A stretch of DNA of 64,000 nt from Candidatus Oxydemutatoraceae bacterium. Its GTDB lineage: Bacteria > Pseudomonadota > Gammaproteobacteria > Poriferisulfidales > Oxydemutatoraceae. A program made the position numbers and the translations under genes. The notes beneath the pieces were generated by a model. That model ran no database searches. It had not been told where the DNA came from and worked only from the letters and a program-made list of their open reading frames with translations. Numbering within the stretch: position 1 is the stretch's first letter; the number at the start of each line of letters is the position of its first letter. The stretch lies in the NCBI GenBank assembly GCA_965220085.1, contig CBDCOZ010000003.1, positions 1,472,001 through 1,536,000 of the forward strand, given 5' to 3'. This document shows, one piece after another, positions 46,859 to 56,679 of this stretch.

Positions 46859-47355
46859 ACGCGCAAAGGGAAAGTTTGGCAGCGATTGCGATATTTGTTA
46901 ATTTTCGCCTTGCGCCGATGACGGCGCCGCTACTGTCGCTGATTGGGCGGCGGCATTAGTTTTGCTTTGCCATTTCATCGCGATAACGGGATGGGTTTGC
47001 ATGATGCGCGCCAAGGCGGACATTCCGCCGGCGCATTGGTTTGCGTATTTTGCTCGGCTGGGCTTCGGACTGATTGCGCTTGCGACCTTGGCGACGACAG
47101 CGGGGCATTTTGCGGCGGACGCTTTGCCGCCTTTTGCGGTGACGTGTTTGCTGTTTTTGAGTCCGTCTTATTTTTTGCGCATGGTGACGCGGGATGACAA
47201 AGCGGGAGTCGGTTTTGCGGAAGGATTCTTCGGGGATTAAAACTCTCGTTCCGCGCGGGCTGGCGCGGACGAAATGGGAAACGCACGGGAGCATTAATTT
47301 TGCATTTTTTACGGAGAGGCACAGACTCCGGGATACTTGTTATAATATCCCCGTC

Positions 47356-48606
47356 ATGAACACCCTTGCATTTGAATCCGCCCCATCCGTCGCCGCCGCC
47401 CTTTTTGGGGAACGGGCGGCGCTGTTGCCGTCGGTGACCGAAGTTTTTGAGTTGGAGCTTGCCTTGCTGGAGCTTGGTCAACTCGCGCCCCGCGAAGCCA
47501 TTGAGCGCGGAGCGTATTTTATGAAAATCGGCGGCAAGCCCACCCGCCATTTTTCCATGTGCGCCGCCAATGGGGTCGCCCGCAAGGGACAATCCGCCAT
47601 GACGCGGGATTACTTTGAGGCGGGGCGGTTTTCCACCGGATACTCCACCCATTCGCTGTTCCCCTATCGGGGAAAGTTCCACCCGCAATTGGCGAAAGCG
47701 CTGATTAACATTATCGGCATCCGCCCGGGGCATCTCCTGCTGGATCCGATGTGCGGGAGCGGCACCGCCAATCTGGAGGCGGCGCTGTTGGGAATCAATT
47801 CGGTGGCGGCGGACAAAAGTCCGTTTTGCCGCTTGATGACCCGCGTTAAGCGCGAGTCACTCGACATTGGGCGCAAGGATGTTGAATCTCTGCCCGCCCG
47901 GGCGGACGAATTGTTCGCCTTTTTTGGCGAGCAAGGTGTCGCTCAAAAATATTCCGAAGTTCGCGACGAGAAAAAGGGGCGCATTTTTGGACTGTCGATG
48001 CTCGCGTAGTTGGACGCGATGGGCTATGCGGAGCGGGTGAAAAAATCCGGACATCGCGAGTTGTTCGCCAAGGTGTTGGCGCGATACGCGGCCACCGTCG
48101 AGCGGGCGTTGGATTTTTTGCCAAAGAGCGGGCTGGGGAATGTGGACATCCCCGAAAACGGCGATGTTCTGGACATACCGCTGCCGGACAAAAGCGCGGA
48201 CGGAATCATCACCTCTCCGCCCTACTCTTTCGCCATTGACTACGCCGCGAACGATTCGCCGCAACTCTCCTACTTGGGGTGCGACATCGCCGCTCTGCGC
48301 GAGGAAATGATCGGGTTGCGCGGGCGCGGCAAAGCGGCGCGGCTGGAAAATTACTTTGCCGACATGAACCGCGCCTGCGCGGAAATGGGGCGGGTTTTGA
48401 AGCGCGGGAAGCACTGCGTCATTGTCATCGGCTCCAACACCAATCAAACCGGCGGCATTCGACTGGAGGGCAAGGTGATAGAGGGGTGCGAAGCGGCAGG
48501 GATGAACTTGATACGAACCGTGCTGAAACCCATCAAGGGCATGCGCAACACGATGAGCGAAGAGCATATCCTCTTCTTTCGCAAGAACGGGGGAAAACGG
48601 CAATGA
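47356..48606 (+). pseudogene. Amino-DNA methyltransferase interrupted by an in-frame TAG at 48007-48009
   Basis: THSLFPYRGKFHP and DPMCGSGT (motif I) lie before the stop; TSPPY (motif IV) lies after it in the same frame. Confidence 0.85.
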
Positions 48607-49605
48607 CCGCCCCCCTGTTGACCGCCGAGGAAAAGTGCGCCCGGGTGTTCGCAAAGAACACCTATTACTTTTTCGACTCCGACGAGCAGGATTCGCACGA
48701 GGGACACATTCACGCTCTGCGGGAGATTTTGACGGGACTGAAAGCCCGGGTCGAATCCTGCCGCGACGAAGAAGGCAAGAAGCGGGCGTTTGACGACATG
48801 CTGGCGGAGCGGGAACATGGGTTGCGCGCCCTGCTGGCGTTGACCGGCTTTTCCAACGAATCCCTGCGCCGGATTGTCACGCTGGCGCGCATTCGGGACG
48901 ACAGGGAATTTGACCGGATAGTGAATAAGAGCGAATGGCTTGGGCCCGGCGACAAGTTTGGCGCAAATGGAAAGGAGTGGAAGGATGCGAAAATTGCCGG
49001 GCTCATCCGGAAAAATCCCGCATTCCGGAGGGGCATTGTCAATTTGTTTTTTGAGGGCGCATCGGTGCCGTTCTTGGCGCGGACGCTGCCGCCCTTTGAG
49101 TTGCGGAAATTTTCGCTGGGCAAGTTGAATTTCGATCCCGCCGAGATGCTGGACACGCTGGTCCGTTACAAGGAAAAAGGGCCGCATGCCGCCAAGGGCG
49201 GCAACAATGCGGAAACCGCGATTGCCCTGCGTCATAGAGGCGCGGGGACTCCCCTGCGAAAGGGGGGACTTGCCCAAATTGGCGGAGTTTGAACCCTCGG
49301 CGAAGCGGACGATGGACTTCATCATTCCCGACAAAAACAATCCGAAGGTCGTCATTGAATGCTCCTACCTGACCACCACTTCGTCCGGACAAGGAGACAA
49401 GGCGAAAACCGAACTGGCGATTCGGGAGTTGCTGGCGCGACACTACCCCGCTTGCAAGTTTGTGGGGTTTCTGGACGGAATCGGCTGGATGGTTCGCCGC
49501 TCCGATTTGAAGCGCATGGTTGGCGCTTTTGACGATGTGTTCACCCTGCGCAAGGACGAGTTGACGCGCTTCGCCGCCCTGCTGGACAAGATTGGGGGCA
49601 AATGA
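48603..49605 (+). pseudogene. DpnII-family-like type II restriction endonuclease, frameshifted near 49220-49240
   Basis: C-terminal frame has MDFIIP..P.VVIECSY.TTTSSGQGDK and GFLDGIGW..R..DL; ATGA overlaps with both flanking MTase genes. Confidence 0.72.
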
Positions 49606-50597
49606 CAATGTCCGCCAAATTGATACAGGAGGGGATCCGCGAGGGCGACTGCTTGGCGGGGATGTCGCGCCTGCCGGACTCGTGCGCGGACATGGCGTTC
49701 GCCGATCCGCCGTTCAACCTGCGGAAGAAATACAAGGCGCACAAGGACCGAATGGAGATGGACGACTACCTCCGCTGGTGCGAGGAGTGGCTACGCGAAA
49801 TGGTTCGCGTTGTGAAGCCCGGCGGGGCGATTTTCGTCCACAACATTCCCAAGTGGCTGACTTTCTACGCCGCGATTCTGAATCGCCTGGCGGTTTTCAA
49901 GCACTGGATCGCCTGGGACGCGCCCACCTCCCCGATGGGGAAATCGCTGCTGCCGTCGCATTACGGCGTGCTGTATTACATCAAGGACGGCGAGCGCGCC
50001 AAGTTCCGCGACACGCGCTTTCCGCATCCGCGCTGCCGCCGTTGCGGAGGGCTGCTGAAAGATTACGGCGGAAAAAAAGACGGGCTACATCCGTTTGGCC
50101 CGCTGGTTTCGGATGTGTGGACCGACCTGCATCGCATTCGCCACAGCCGCCATCGGGACGACCATCCGTGCCAATTGCCGGTGCCGTTGCTAGAGCGGCT
50201 GGCGCTGATGAGCACGGACGAGGGCGACCTGATTCTGGACCCGTTTATGGGAACGGGAACAACGGCGATTGCGGCGGCGCGTCTGGGGCGTCGGCATTTG
50301 GGGTTTGAACTGTCGCCGGAATACGCCGAGATTGCGCGCGACAAAGTTGACCGCATTTCGGCAAATTCGCGGCTGGGCGACGCTTGGGTTTCTTTTCACC
50401 TGAACCAGCCGGTCACCATTCGCGACGCCGATTGGGAGAGCATCGCGCCCTTTTTCATCATTCCGGAGCCGCGGCGGGAAATTGACCGCGTCAAAATTCA
50501 ATTGCGCGGAAAGTTTGACGCAACAGCGGCTTGCGAGTGCAAACAGGGATATTCGCAGCCCTCTCTGGTGCCAATAGCGGCAAAAGCGGGCGGATAG
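49602..50597 (+). CDS. Beta-class N6A/N4C DNA methyltransferase, intact
   Basis: FADPPFN (motif IV), HPCQLP and LDPFMGTGTT (motif I). Confidence 0.9.
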   Translation: MTMSAKLIQEGIREGDCLAGMSRLPDSCADMAFADPPFNLRKKYKAHKDRMEMDDYLRWCEEWLREMVRVVKPGGAIFVHNIPKWLTFYAAILNRLAVFKHWIAWDAPTSPMGKSLLPSHYGVLYYIKDGERAKFRDTRFPHPRCRRCGGLLKDYGGKKDGLHPFGPLVSDVWTDLHRIRHSRHRDDHPCQLPVPLLERLALMSTDEGDLILDPFMGTGTTAIAAARLGRRHLGFELSPEYAEIARDKVDRISANSRLGDAWVSFHLNQPVTIRDADWESIAPFFIIPEPRREIDRVKIQLRGKFDATAACECKQGYSQPSLVPIAAKAGG

Positions 50598-50639
50598 GCC
50601 GTCTCCCGCTCTTCCCCAAGGCGTGGCGGGCGGCGCCTG

Positions 50640-52232
50640 CTATCGCAACGGCCCTTCCAAGAAGATGCGCAAGCGCAGGAGCAGATGCTCCGCCAGATTT
50701 ATCGTGATGGTGGCAGCGGTGGCGGAAGTTTTGTTGCCGCTGCCATCGCTGCCATCGTCGGTTACCTTGAAGGCGAAGGCGGCGTAACCGGGCTGGGCAC
50801 TCTGCTCGGCCGCCGGCCAGTAGGCGATGGCGCCGATGTTGGCGGCGGTCACGATCCGACCGACAGTGGCGTCAGCGCCATCCACTTGCAAGGTGCCGGC
50901 GCCCGGCAGGCTGGCAATCTCCACACTGACCAGATTGTCGTCGTCCTCATCGGCAAAGGGAAAGTCGGCGGCGGTGAATCTGTAAGGCTCGCTCATGGTG
51001 GCATCCGCCGACACATTTATCGCGCGGTTTTGGGCCCGAGGCGCATCGTTTACGTTGCGCACCCGGGCGGCGGCGGAGCACAGATCCTCCACAGTCTCTG
51101 GGGTCTCGTGGAGATCCTTAAAACTGATGCAGACCCGGATGTACAGTCCCACATGCGCCTGCAGGGGGGTGAATAGTACCCCGGTCGCGCCGTTTATGTC
51201 GGCAAAAGCGCCATCGCTGGCGGGGGATGACTGCCATTGCCACCTCAGAGTGCTGTTGTCTATTCCATTGGGTTCGGTGATGCCATCGGTGCTGGCGGTC
51301 AACTCGGCATCCTCAGCGTAGGTCGGGTTGTCCGCGGTGGTAGCCGGGATTATTGAGGGTCTGCCAGTGGCGGCGGTCTGGTCCGGCGATGTCAGAGTGA
51401 TCCTGAGGTCGGCACCAACGCTGGTTTTATTGTCAGTGCCATCGTCGCCATCATCCACCACTCTGGCCTGGAATGATGCTGTGAATGGTGATCTTCTCTG
51501 GGCTGGCGGTGGCGGATAATAGGTCAGGGCACCGGCGGCCAGTTGGACCACGGTTATGGTTCTTGTGGGCGTGTTGCTCTGGGTCAGGTCTGTGTCATCC
51601 AGGGTCATGATGCCACTGGAGGGCTGGCTGTGTATGATGACACCGGCCAGCATATCGCCATCGGCATCGGTGAACGGAAAGTCGGATGCCCGCAACGGAT
51701 GCGGGTTGTCGGCATCGGCGTTTGCATTTACCGTAACAGTGGCATTTTGTGACACCGGCTTGTCATTGACATTGGCCACAGCGGTGGCTATCTGCAGGCA
51801 TCGCTGCTCGGCATTGCTGGCGGTGTCGGTGAAAGACGCGCAGACCTGCAGAAACTTGCCCACCTCGTCATCGCCCGGAGTGAATGCGGCATTGGTCGCC
51901 ATGGCGATGGCGGCGTAGGCGCCGCCATTGGTGTCGGCCGCGCTCCACTGCCAACTGAATGTGCCCAAGCCATCGGTGTCGGCTATGGCGGTGGAACCGT
52001 TGCCGCCGTTGGCGGTGATGGCGGAGTCCTCAGTGGGAACCATTATTCCGCTGGCGTAGGCCACCGCTGGCATGCCGGTGGCCGGGCTGTTGGTCTGCGC
52101 CTGCACCTGACCGCAGAGCGCAAACAGGAGCGGCAGAATAAGCGACCAGAAGCTATGCCGGGTTACCCTTGCCCGACAATGCGGGGTAGGGGGGGGGGGG
52201 GGGGTATCGATATTAAGTATTTTGTGATTCAT
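50640..52232 (-). CDS. Secreted protein (B-A-B-A Ig/cadherin-like modules) with LRLRIFLEGPLR tail; poly-G tract in frame
   Basis: AGGAGG-ATG 52232 gives MNHKILNIDTPPPPPTPHCRARVTRHSFWSLILPLLFALCGQVQA|Q; G4-TA-G16 at 52183-52204. Confidence 0.87.
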   Translation of the reverse strand: MNHKILNIDTPPPPPTPHCRARVTRHSFWSLILPLLFALCGQVQAQTNSPATGMPAVAYASGIMVPTEDSAITANGGNGSTAIADTDGLGTFSWQWSAADTNGGAYAAIAMATNAAFTPGDDEVGKFLQVCASFTDTASNAEQRCLQIATAVANVNDKPVSQNATVTVNANADADNPHPLRASDFPFTDADGDMLAGVIIHSQPSSGIMTLDDTDLTQSNTPTRTITVVQLAAGALTYYPPPPAQRRSPFTASFQARVVDDGDDGTDNKTSVGADLRITLTSPDQTAATGRPSIIPATTADNPTYAEDAELTASTDGITEPNGIDNSTLRWQWQSSPASDGAFADINGATGVLFTPLQAHVGLYIRVCISFKDLHETPETVEDLCSAAARVRNVNDAPRAQNRAINVSADATMSEPYRFTAADFPFADEDDDNLVSVEIASLPGAGTLQVDGADATVGRIVTAANIGAIAYWPAAEQSAQPGYAAFAFKVTDDGSDGSGNKTSATAATITINLAEHLLLRLRIFLEGPLR

Positions 52233-52269
52233 GAGTCTCCTCCTCATAGTAAAATCTTATATAAGAGCT

Positions 52270-52400
52270 ATTTAAGTCTCCTGTTAAGCCTCCTGCTAAG
52301 TATCTTGTTAGGTCTCCTGCAAAGTATCCGTACGAAGCATCCTATTAAGCATCCTGCTAAGTATCTTAATTAAGTATCCTGTTAAGTCTCCTGTTAAGTA
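52270..52400 (-). repeat. ~12-bp tandem repeat leader with 8 GGA motifs on the mRNA strand
   Basis: Minus strand reads ...AACAGGAGACTTAACAGGATAC...AGCAGGATGCTTAATAGGATGC... Confidence 0.75.
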
Positions 52401-52416
52401 TTCGTGTGAAGCCTGC

Positions 52417-52444
52417 ATTATACAGAATATCTCTCCGAGCGCAA
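52417..52444 (-). promoter_or_regulatory. Putative sigma70 promoter TTGCGC-N16-TATAAT
   Basis: Identical to 41016-41043. Confidence 0.6.
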
Positions 52445-52585
52445 GTCGCACTTGCGCCCGTCATCGTCCCCCGCTGTGGTGCGCCTACGGGAATCGCGCG
52501 AGGGGCGTACCAGAGTAACTGCCGCCCTGCCCGCCATGCTACCCGCCAGACTGCCCCTGCTCTGGCGCGGGGCACTCGCACTATG
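52445..52585. repeat. GC-rich inter-cassette repeat, copy D
   Basis: CTTGCGCCCGTCATCGTCCCCCG..GTGCGC..GTAACTGCCGCCCTGCCCGCCA blocks. Confidence 0.75.
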
Positions 52586-52697
52586 CTTGTCTGTCGCAGC
52601 CGCAGCCGCGGAACCGGCACGGTCAATTCCCGCTTGTGCGGAAGGGCGCATATAATAGCGTTTTCCGCAGAGCGGAGTATGTGTTAAGCGGGTAATC

Positions 52698-55600
52698 ATG
52701 ACAAAGGCTGTTTTAGAACCTGAGCGCAGCAGTCTGGTGTCGGCGGCGGCCGGCACCGGCAAGACTTGGCTGATCGTATCGCGTATCTTGCGGCTGTTGC
52801 TCCGCGGCGAGAAGCCGGATTCCATCCTTGCCGTCACCTTTACCAACAAGGCCGCCGATGAGATGCGCGAGCGGCTGATGCAACGGCTGTTTGAGATGAG
52901 CGCGGCATCGCCCGCGGAGTTGCGGCGGTCTTTGCAAGAGATCGGCATCGATGCTCCCGACAGTTGTCGCAAGCGCGCCGAAGACCTGTACGAGGAAATT
53001 CTCTATCCGGACAACCCCGTCCGGATAACGACTTTCCATTCTTTTTGCCAGCAGGTTGTCGCCATCGCTCCGCCGTCGTTTGAAGTGCCGGCGAATTTTC
53101 AGATTGCCGAAGATACCGCCCCCCTGCTTGATAAAGCCTGCGACATATTGTTCAAACAGGTTTCGCAGGAGCCCGACGGCGAGTCGGCCAAGGCCCTGAC
53201 CGAGCTGTTCGCCGCGTGCAACGGCATCGGCAATGCGCGTCAGAGTCTGATGGATTTTCTGCGCAAGAAAAATGACTGGCTCGCATATCTGGCGGGCGGC
53301 GACGCGCAAACGGCCGAACGCAGACTGTCGGAGTTGCTCGACATAAACGAATCGGACATATCGCCTCGGGATGCATTCTGGAGCGAACAGATGCGCCGGC
53401 GCATAGCCGACTACGCCGTCTTGCTGCGCGCATACGCGAGCGCCGGGAAAAGAGCCAAAGCCGCCGCGCAGGTCAAAACCCTCGCGCATATCCTTGCGCA
53501 AGAAAAGTTGGACGCCGGATTATTTAAGCAACTCAAAAATTGCTTTTTAACCGGCAACAACACCCCGCAAATAAAAGCGAGCGAGACCTTGCGACAGGAA
53601 CTCGGACTTGCGAACGCCGAAAAACTGGTCGAGGAGTGCGAGCAGATCGCCGCGCGGCTGCGCGCGACCGAAGAGCGCGCTTTGCGCCAATCAAACTACC
53701 GCGCGAATGTGGCCTGGTATCGTCTGGGACAAGCCTTGCTGGACATATACCAGCGGATAAAACAGGAACACGGCGCGCTGGATTTTGATGACTTGGAGTG
53801 GCTGGGACGCAAGTTTCTCGGCGCCGACGCGGGCGATGCCAAGTGGCTGCAGTATCGCCTCAGCGCCGGAATCAAACACATCCTGATAGACGAGTTTCAA
53901 GACACCAACCCCAACCAGTGGCGCCTGATACGGCCGTTGCTCGACGAGATTACGGCGCAACAACAAGGAAGCATCTTTATCGTCAGCGACGCCAAGCAGT
54001 CCATCTACGGTTTCCGCGGCGCCGATTCCGCTTTGCAGAAGGTCGCGCAGAAGTGGTTGCGGGAACACGCCGACGGCGAGGCGTTTGAGATGACAAAATC
54101 ATACCGCTCGGCGCCGCCGATCATCGACTTTGTCAACGGCGTGTTTGAAAACGATGCCAACAAACGCTTGCGCCCCGAATCTTTCGCCGCCCACGAGACA
54201 TTTAAGCGAACCAAGGGGGGCGTTTGTCTGCTGCCCGCCATTGAGCCGCGGGCAAAGGAAGAGCCCGTGGCGTGGCGCAACCCGTTGCGCCAACCGCTGG
54301 GGAGCGCTTTGCTTGTGAAAAAGAAAGAAGCCGAGGCGGTGGCCTCTGTCATTGCCGGACTGAAAGAAGACCGTTTGCAAATAGACGAGGACGGGAAGGA
54401 GCGCGATTTCCGATACGGCGACGCGCTGATTCTTGCGCGGCAGAAAACCCACTTTCACTTTTTTAACGCGGCGTTGCAAAAACTCGGCATCCCGTATGGC
54501 AGCGCGCGCGAAGCAAATCCGTATGCGAGCCCGGAGGCGTCGGACATCCGCGCCCTGCTCGAGCTCATCCATAACCCCGAACGCAATGACGCGCTCGCCC
54601 AAGCGTTGCGCTCGCCGATATTCGCGCTGGATGAGCAAGACTTGCTGGAATTGGCGAGCCTCAAAGGCCGCGACTGGTTTTACAAGCTCTCCGTCGGCAA
54701 ACCTCTGTGGCAAGACATACACAAGAAGATCAAAGAATGGAATTACAACTGCAACAAGATACCGGTGCACGACCTGATCGATGACATCTACGACCAGACC
54801 GACCTCGTCGCGCGTTACCTCGCCGCCACTCCGCCGTCCATGCGCGAGTCGCTGCGCAATAATCTCAGCGCGCTGCCGGAAGCGGCGCTGGACTGCCGCA
54901 GCGGTCGCTACCCCGACATCGCCGACTTTTTGCAACACATCCGCTCGCAGGCCGCCAATGCCGAAAAGACGGCAGCGGCGGCGAGCGATAACTGTGTTCG
55001 GCTGATGACGATACACGCCGCCAAGGGGCTTGAGGCGCCGGTCGTGTTTCTGGCAGACACCGCCACTGTGGTGACGCCGAAGGATACCTACCACGCGCTA
55101 TCCGATTGGTCGACAGATGCCGACAGGCCGCAATCTTTCGTGCTCCTGACCGAGAAAGAGAAACGCAGTCAGGCGATGGAACGACTGAACGAGAAGCGCA
55201 AACAACGCGAAGCGACGGAAAATGCCAACCTGCTCTATGTCGCTCTGACGCGCGCCCGACAATATCTGTTCATATCCGCCAGCGGCGGGGTCAAGGAGAA
55301 CTGCTGGTATGCGGCGCTTGGCAAAGCGGACGCCACGCTGTATCAACACGGCGCGGCGGATGTCAGCCGCTCGCGCGCCGAGGCGGCTGCCGGGGCTGCG
55401 GCGCCAGCGGACACCGCCGCGGACAATATGTTGCCGCCGGCGGGGGCCGCGCTAACGATAGCGGTTGAGCATAGCCCCAGTCTTCACAACCGGCGGGAGC
55501 CGAATATGCGGCGCGCCGAAACCGGCGACGACGGTCGCGTCTATGGCCAGGTCTTCCACCGCGCGCTGGAATTGCTGGCAAAAGCGCGCGGCGATGACAG

Positions 55601-56006
55601 CGCGGCCATCAAACAGCGGGCGCTTGAGGAATTTCCCGACTGCCGGCAAAGCGCACAATGGTTTGATGAAGCCGTCGCGCTGTTCAATGCCCCCGACTTT
55701 GCGGAATTGTTTGATGACACCCGCTATGTACGGGTATATAACGAGATGCCCCTGCTCTACCGGGACACCGACGGCAAACAGGTTGCGGGCATCATAGACC
55801 GGCTATGCGTCGGCGCGCAGACGGCGTGGATTATTGATTACAAGACCCACAATGTGGACGCACGCACGGCCAAAGCGGTCGCCGAAGGCTTCCGTCGGCA
55901 GATGCGGCTCTATCGGGACGGTGTCGGCTTATTGTATCCGGATTTGCGGTTGCGCAGTTCGGTTCTGTTTACAGCGCCCGGAATCATTCACGACTTTTCT
56001 TTCTGA
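52698..56006 (+). CDS. addA: AddA/RecB-like UvrD helicase-nuclease
   Basis: AAAGTGKT, IDEFQDT, KQSIYGFRGA, TIHAAKGLE and YVALTRA motifs; C-terminal GIIDRL...IIDYKT nuclease. Confidence 0.88.
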   Translation: MTKAVLEPERSSLVSAAAGTGKTWLIVSRILRLLLRGEKPDSILAVTFTNKAADEMRERLMQRLFEMSAASPAELRRSLQEIGIDAPDSCRKRAEDLYEEILYPDNPVRITTFHSFCQQVVAIAPPSFEVPANFQIAEDTAPLLDKACDILFKQVSQEPDGESAKALTELFAACNGIGNARQSLMDFLRKKNDWLAYLAGGDAQTAERRLSELLDINESDISPRDAFWSEQMRRRIADYAVLLRAYASAGKRAKAAAQVKTLAHILAQEKLDAGLFKQLKNCFLTGNNTPQIKASETLRQELGLANAEKLVEECEQIAARLRATEERALRQSNYRANVAWYRLGQALLDIYQRIKQEHGALDFDDLEWLGRKFLGADAGDAKWLQYRLSAGIKHILIDEFQDTNPNQWRLIRPLLDEITAQQQGSIFIVSDAKQSIYGFRGADSALQKVAQKWLREHADGEAFEMTKSYRSAPPIIDFVNGVFENDANKRLRPESFAAHETFKRTKGGVCLLPAIEPRAKEEPVAWRNPLRQPLGSALLVKKKEAEAVASVIAGLKEDRLQIDEDGKERDFRYGDALILARQKTHFHFFNAALQKLGIPYGSAREANPYASPEASDIRALLELIHNPERNDALAQALRSPIFALDEQDLLELASLKGRDWFYKLSVGKPLWQDIHKKIKEWNYNCNKIPVHDLIDDIYDQTDLVARYLAATPPSMRESLRNNLSALPEAALDCRSGRYPDIADFLQHIRSQAANAEKTAAAASDNCVRLMTIHAAKGLEAPVVFLADTATVVTPKDTYHALSDWSTDADRPQSFVLLTEKEKRSQAMERLNEKRKQREATENANLLYVALTRARQYLFISASGGVKENCWYAALGKADATLYQHGAADVSRSRAEAAAGAAAPADTAADNMLPPAGAALTIAVEHSPSLHNRREPNMRRAETGDDGRVYGQVFHRALELLAKARGDDSAAIKQRALEEFPDCRQSAQWFDEAVALFNAPDFAELFDDTRYVRVYNEMPLLYRDTDGKQVAGIIDRLCVGAQTAWIIDYKTHNVDARTAKAVAEGFRRQMRLYRDGVGLLYPDLRLRSSVLFTAPGIIHDFSF

Positions 56007-56677
56007 AGCAGACCCAGCAGTTGTTCGGGCTCCATATAGCCGCCGAGCTTGGCGCCGTTGGGATGGAACACGGCGGGCGTCCCGCGCGCGCCGAGTTTGC
56101 CCATCGTGCTCAGGTTGGCGTCGATCGGGGTGGAGCAAGTTTTTGATGCGACCTCTTGACCGAGCTTTGCCTGCGTCAAGGCTTGCGCGCGATCGCCCGA
56201 ACACCACACCGCCTGCGCCTGGTCGGCAGATTTCTGTCCCAAAACCGGGCTCAAAACATAGTCCACGGCGATGCCCAGTTCGTTCATCTTGTCCATGCCG
56301 GCGTGAAAGCGGCGACAATAGCCGCAACGGACATCCGTGAACACAATCGCGCGGTGCGGCGCGTCTTCCTTGCCGAAAGAGATGAAACTATCGTCCAGAC
56401 CGGCAAGCACTCCGGCGTGTAGCTTCGCCTTTGTTTCGGCGGTCAGGTTCTTGCCGGCGTTGATATCAATCAAGTCGCCGCGGAGAAGGAAGGCTCCGTC
56501 CGCGCTCATATAAAAGACACTGTTGTCGCTGTCGCTGGTCACTTCATACAGCCCTTCCATCGGTGTTTGCGCAACCGAGAAGCCTTCCGGCATCAGTGTG
56601 GCAAGCCGCTTGTGGATAGCGTCCTGTGCCAGTGCCAACGGCGCTAACAACAATAAAATTATTTGTAAAAATCGCAT
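55988..56677 (-). CDS. dsbC: Thiol:disulfide isomerase DsbC
   Basis: Signal peptide, CGYC active site, GTP cis-Pro loop, GY..P; follows xerD. Confidence 0.92.
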   Translation of the reverse strand: MRFLQIILLLLAPLALAQDAIHKRLATLMPEGFSVAQTPMEGLYEVTSDSDNSVFYMSADGAFLLRGDLIDINAGKNLTAETKAKLHAGVLAGLDDSFISFGKEDAPHRAIVFTDVRCGYCRRFHAGMDKMNELGIAVDYVLSPVLGQKSADQAQAVWCSGDRAQALTQAKLGQEVASKTCSTPIDANLSTMGKLGARGTPAVFHPNGAKLGGYMEPEQLLGLLQKEKS

Positions 56678-56679
56678 AT

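Noticed and set aside
46860-47340. Short ORFs upstream of the R-M operon as a controller (C) protein
   Set aside because: No HTH or other recognisable motif in any frame.
46751-50731. Diversity-generating retroelement TR/VR pair
   Set aside because: The core 76 bp are identical, the mismatches are not adenine-specific, and no reverse transcriptase is present in the window.
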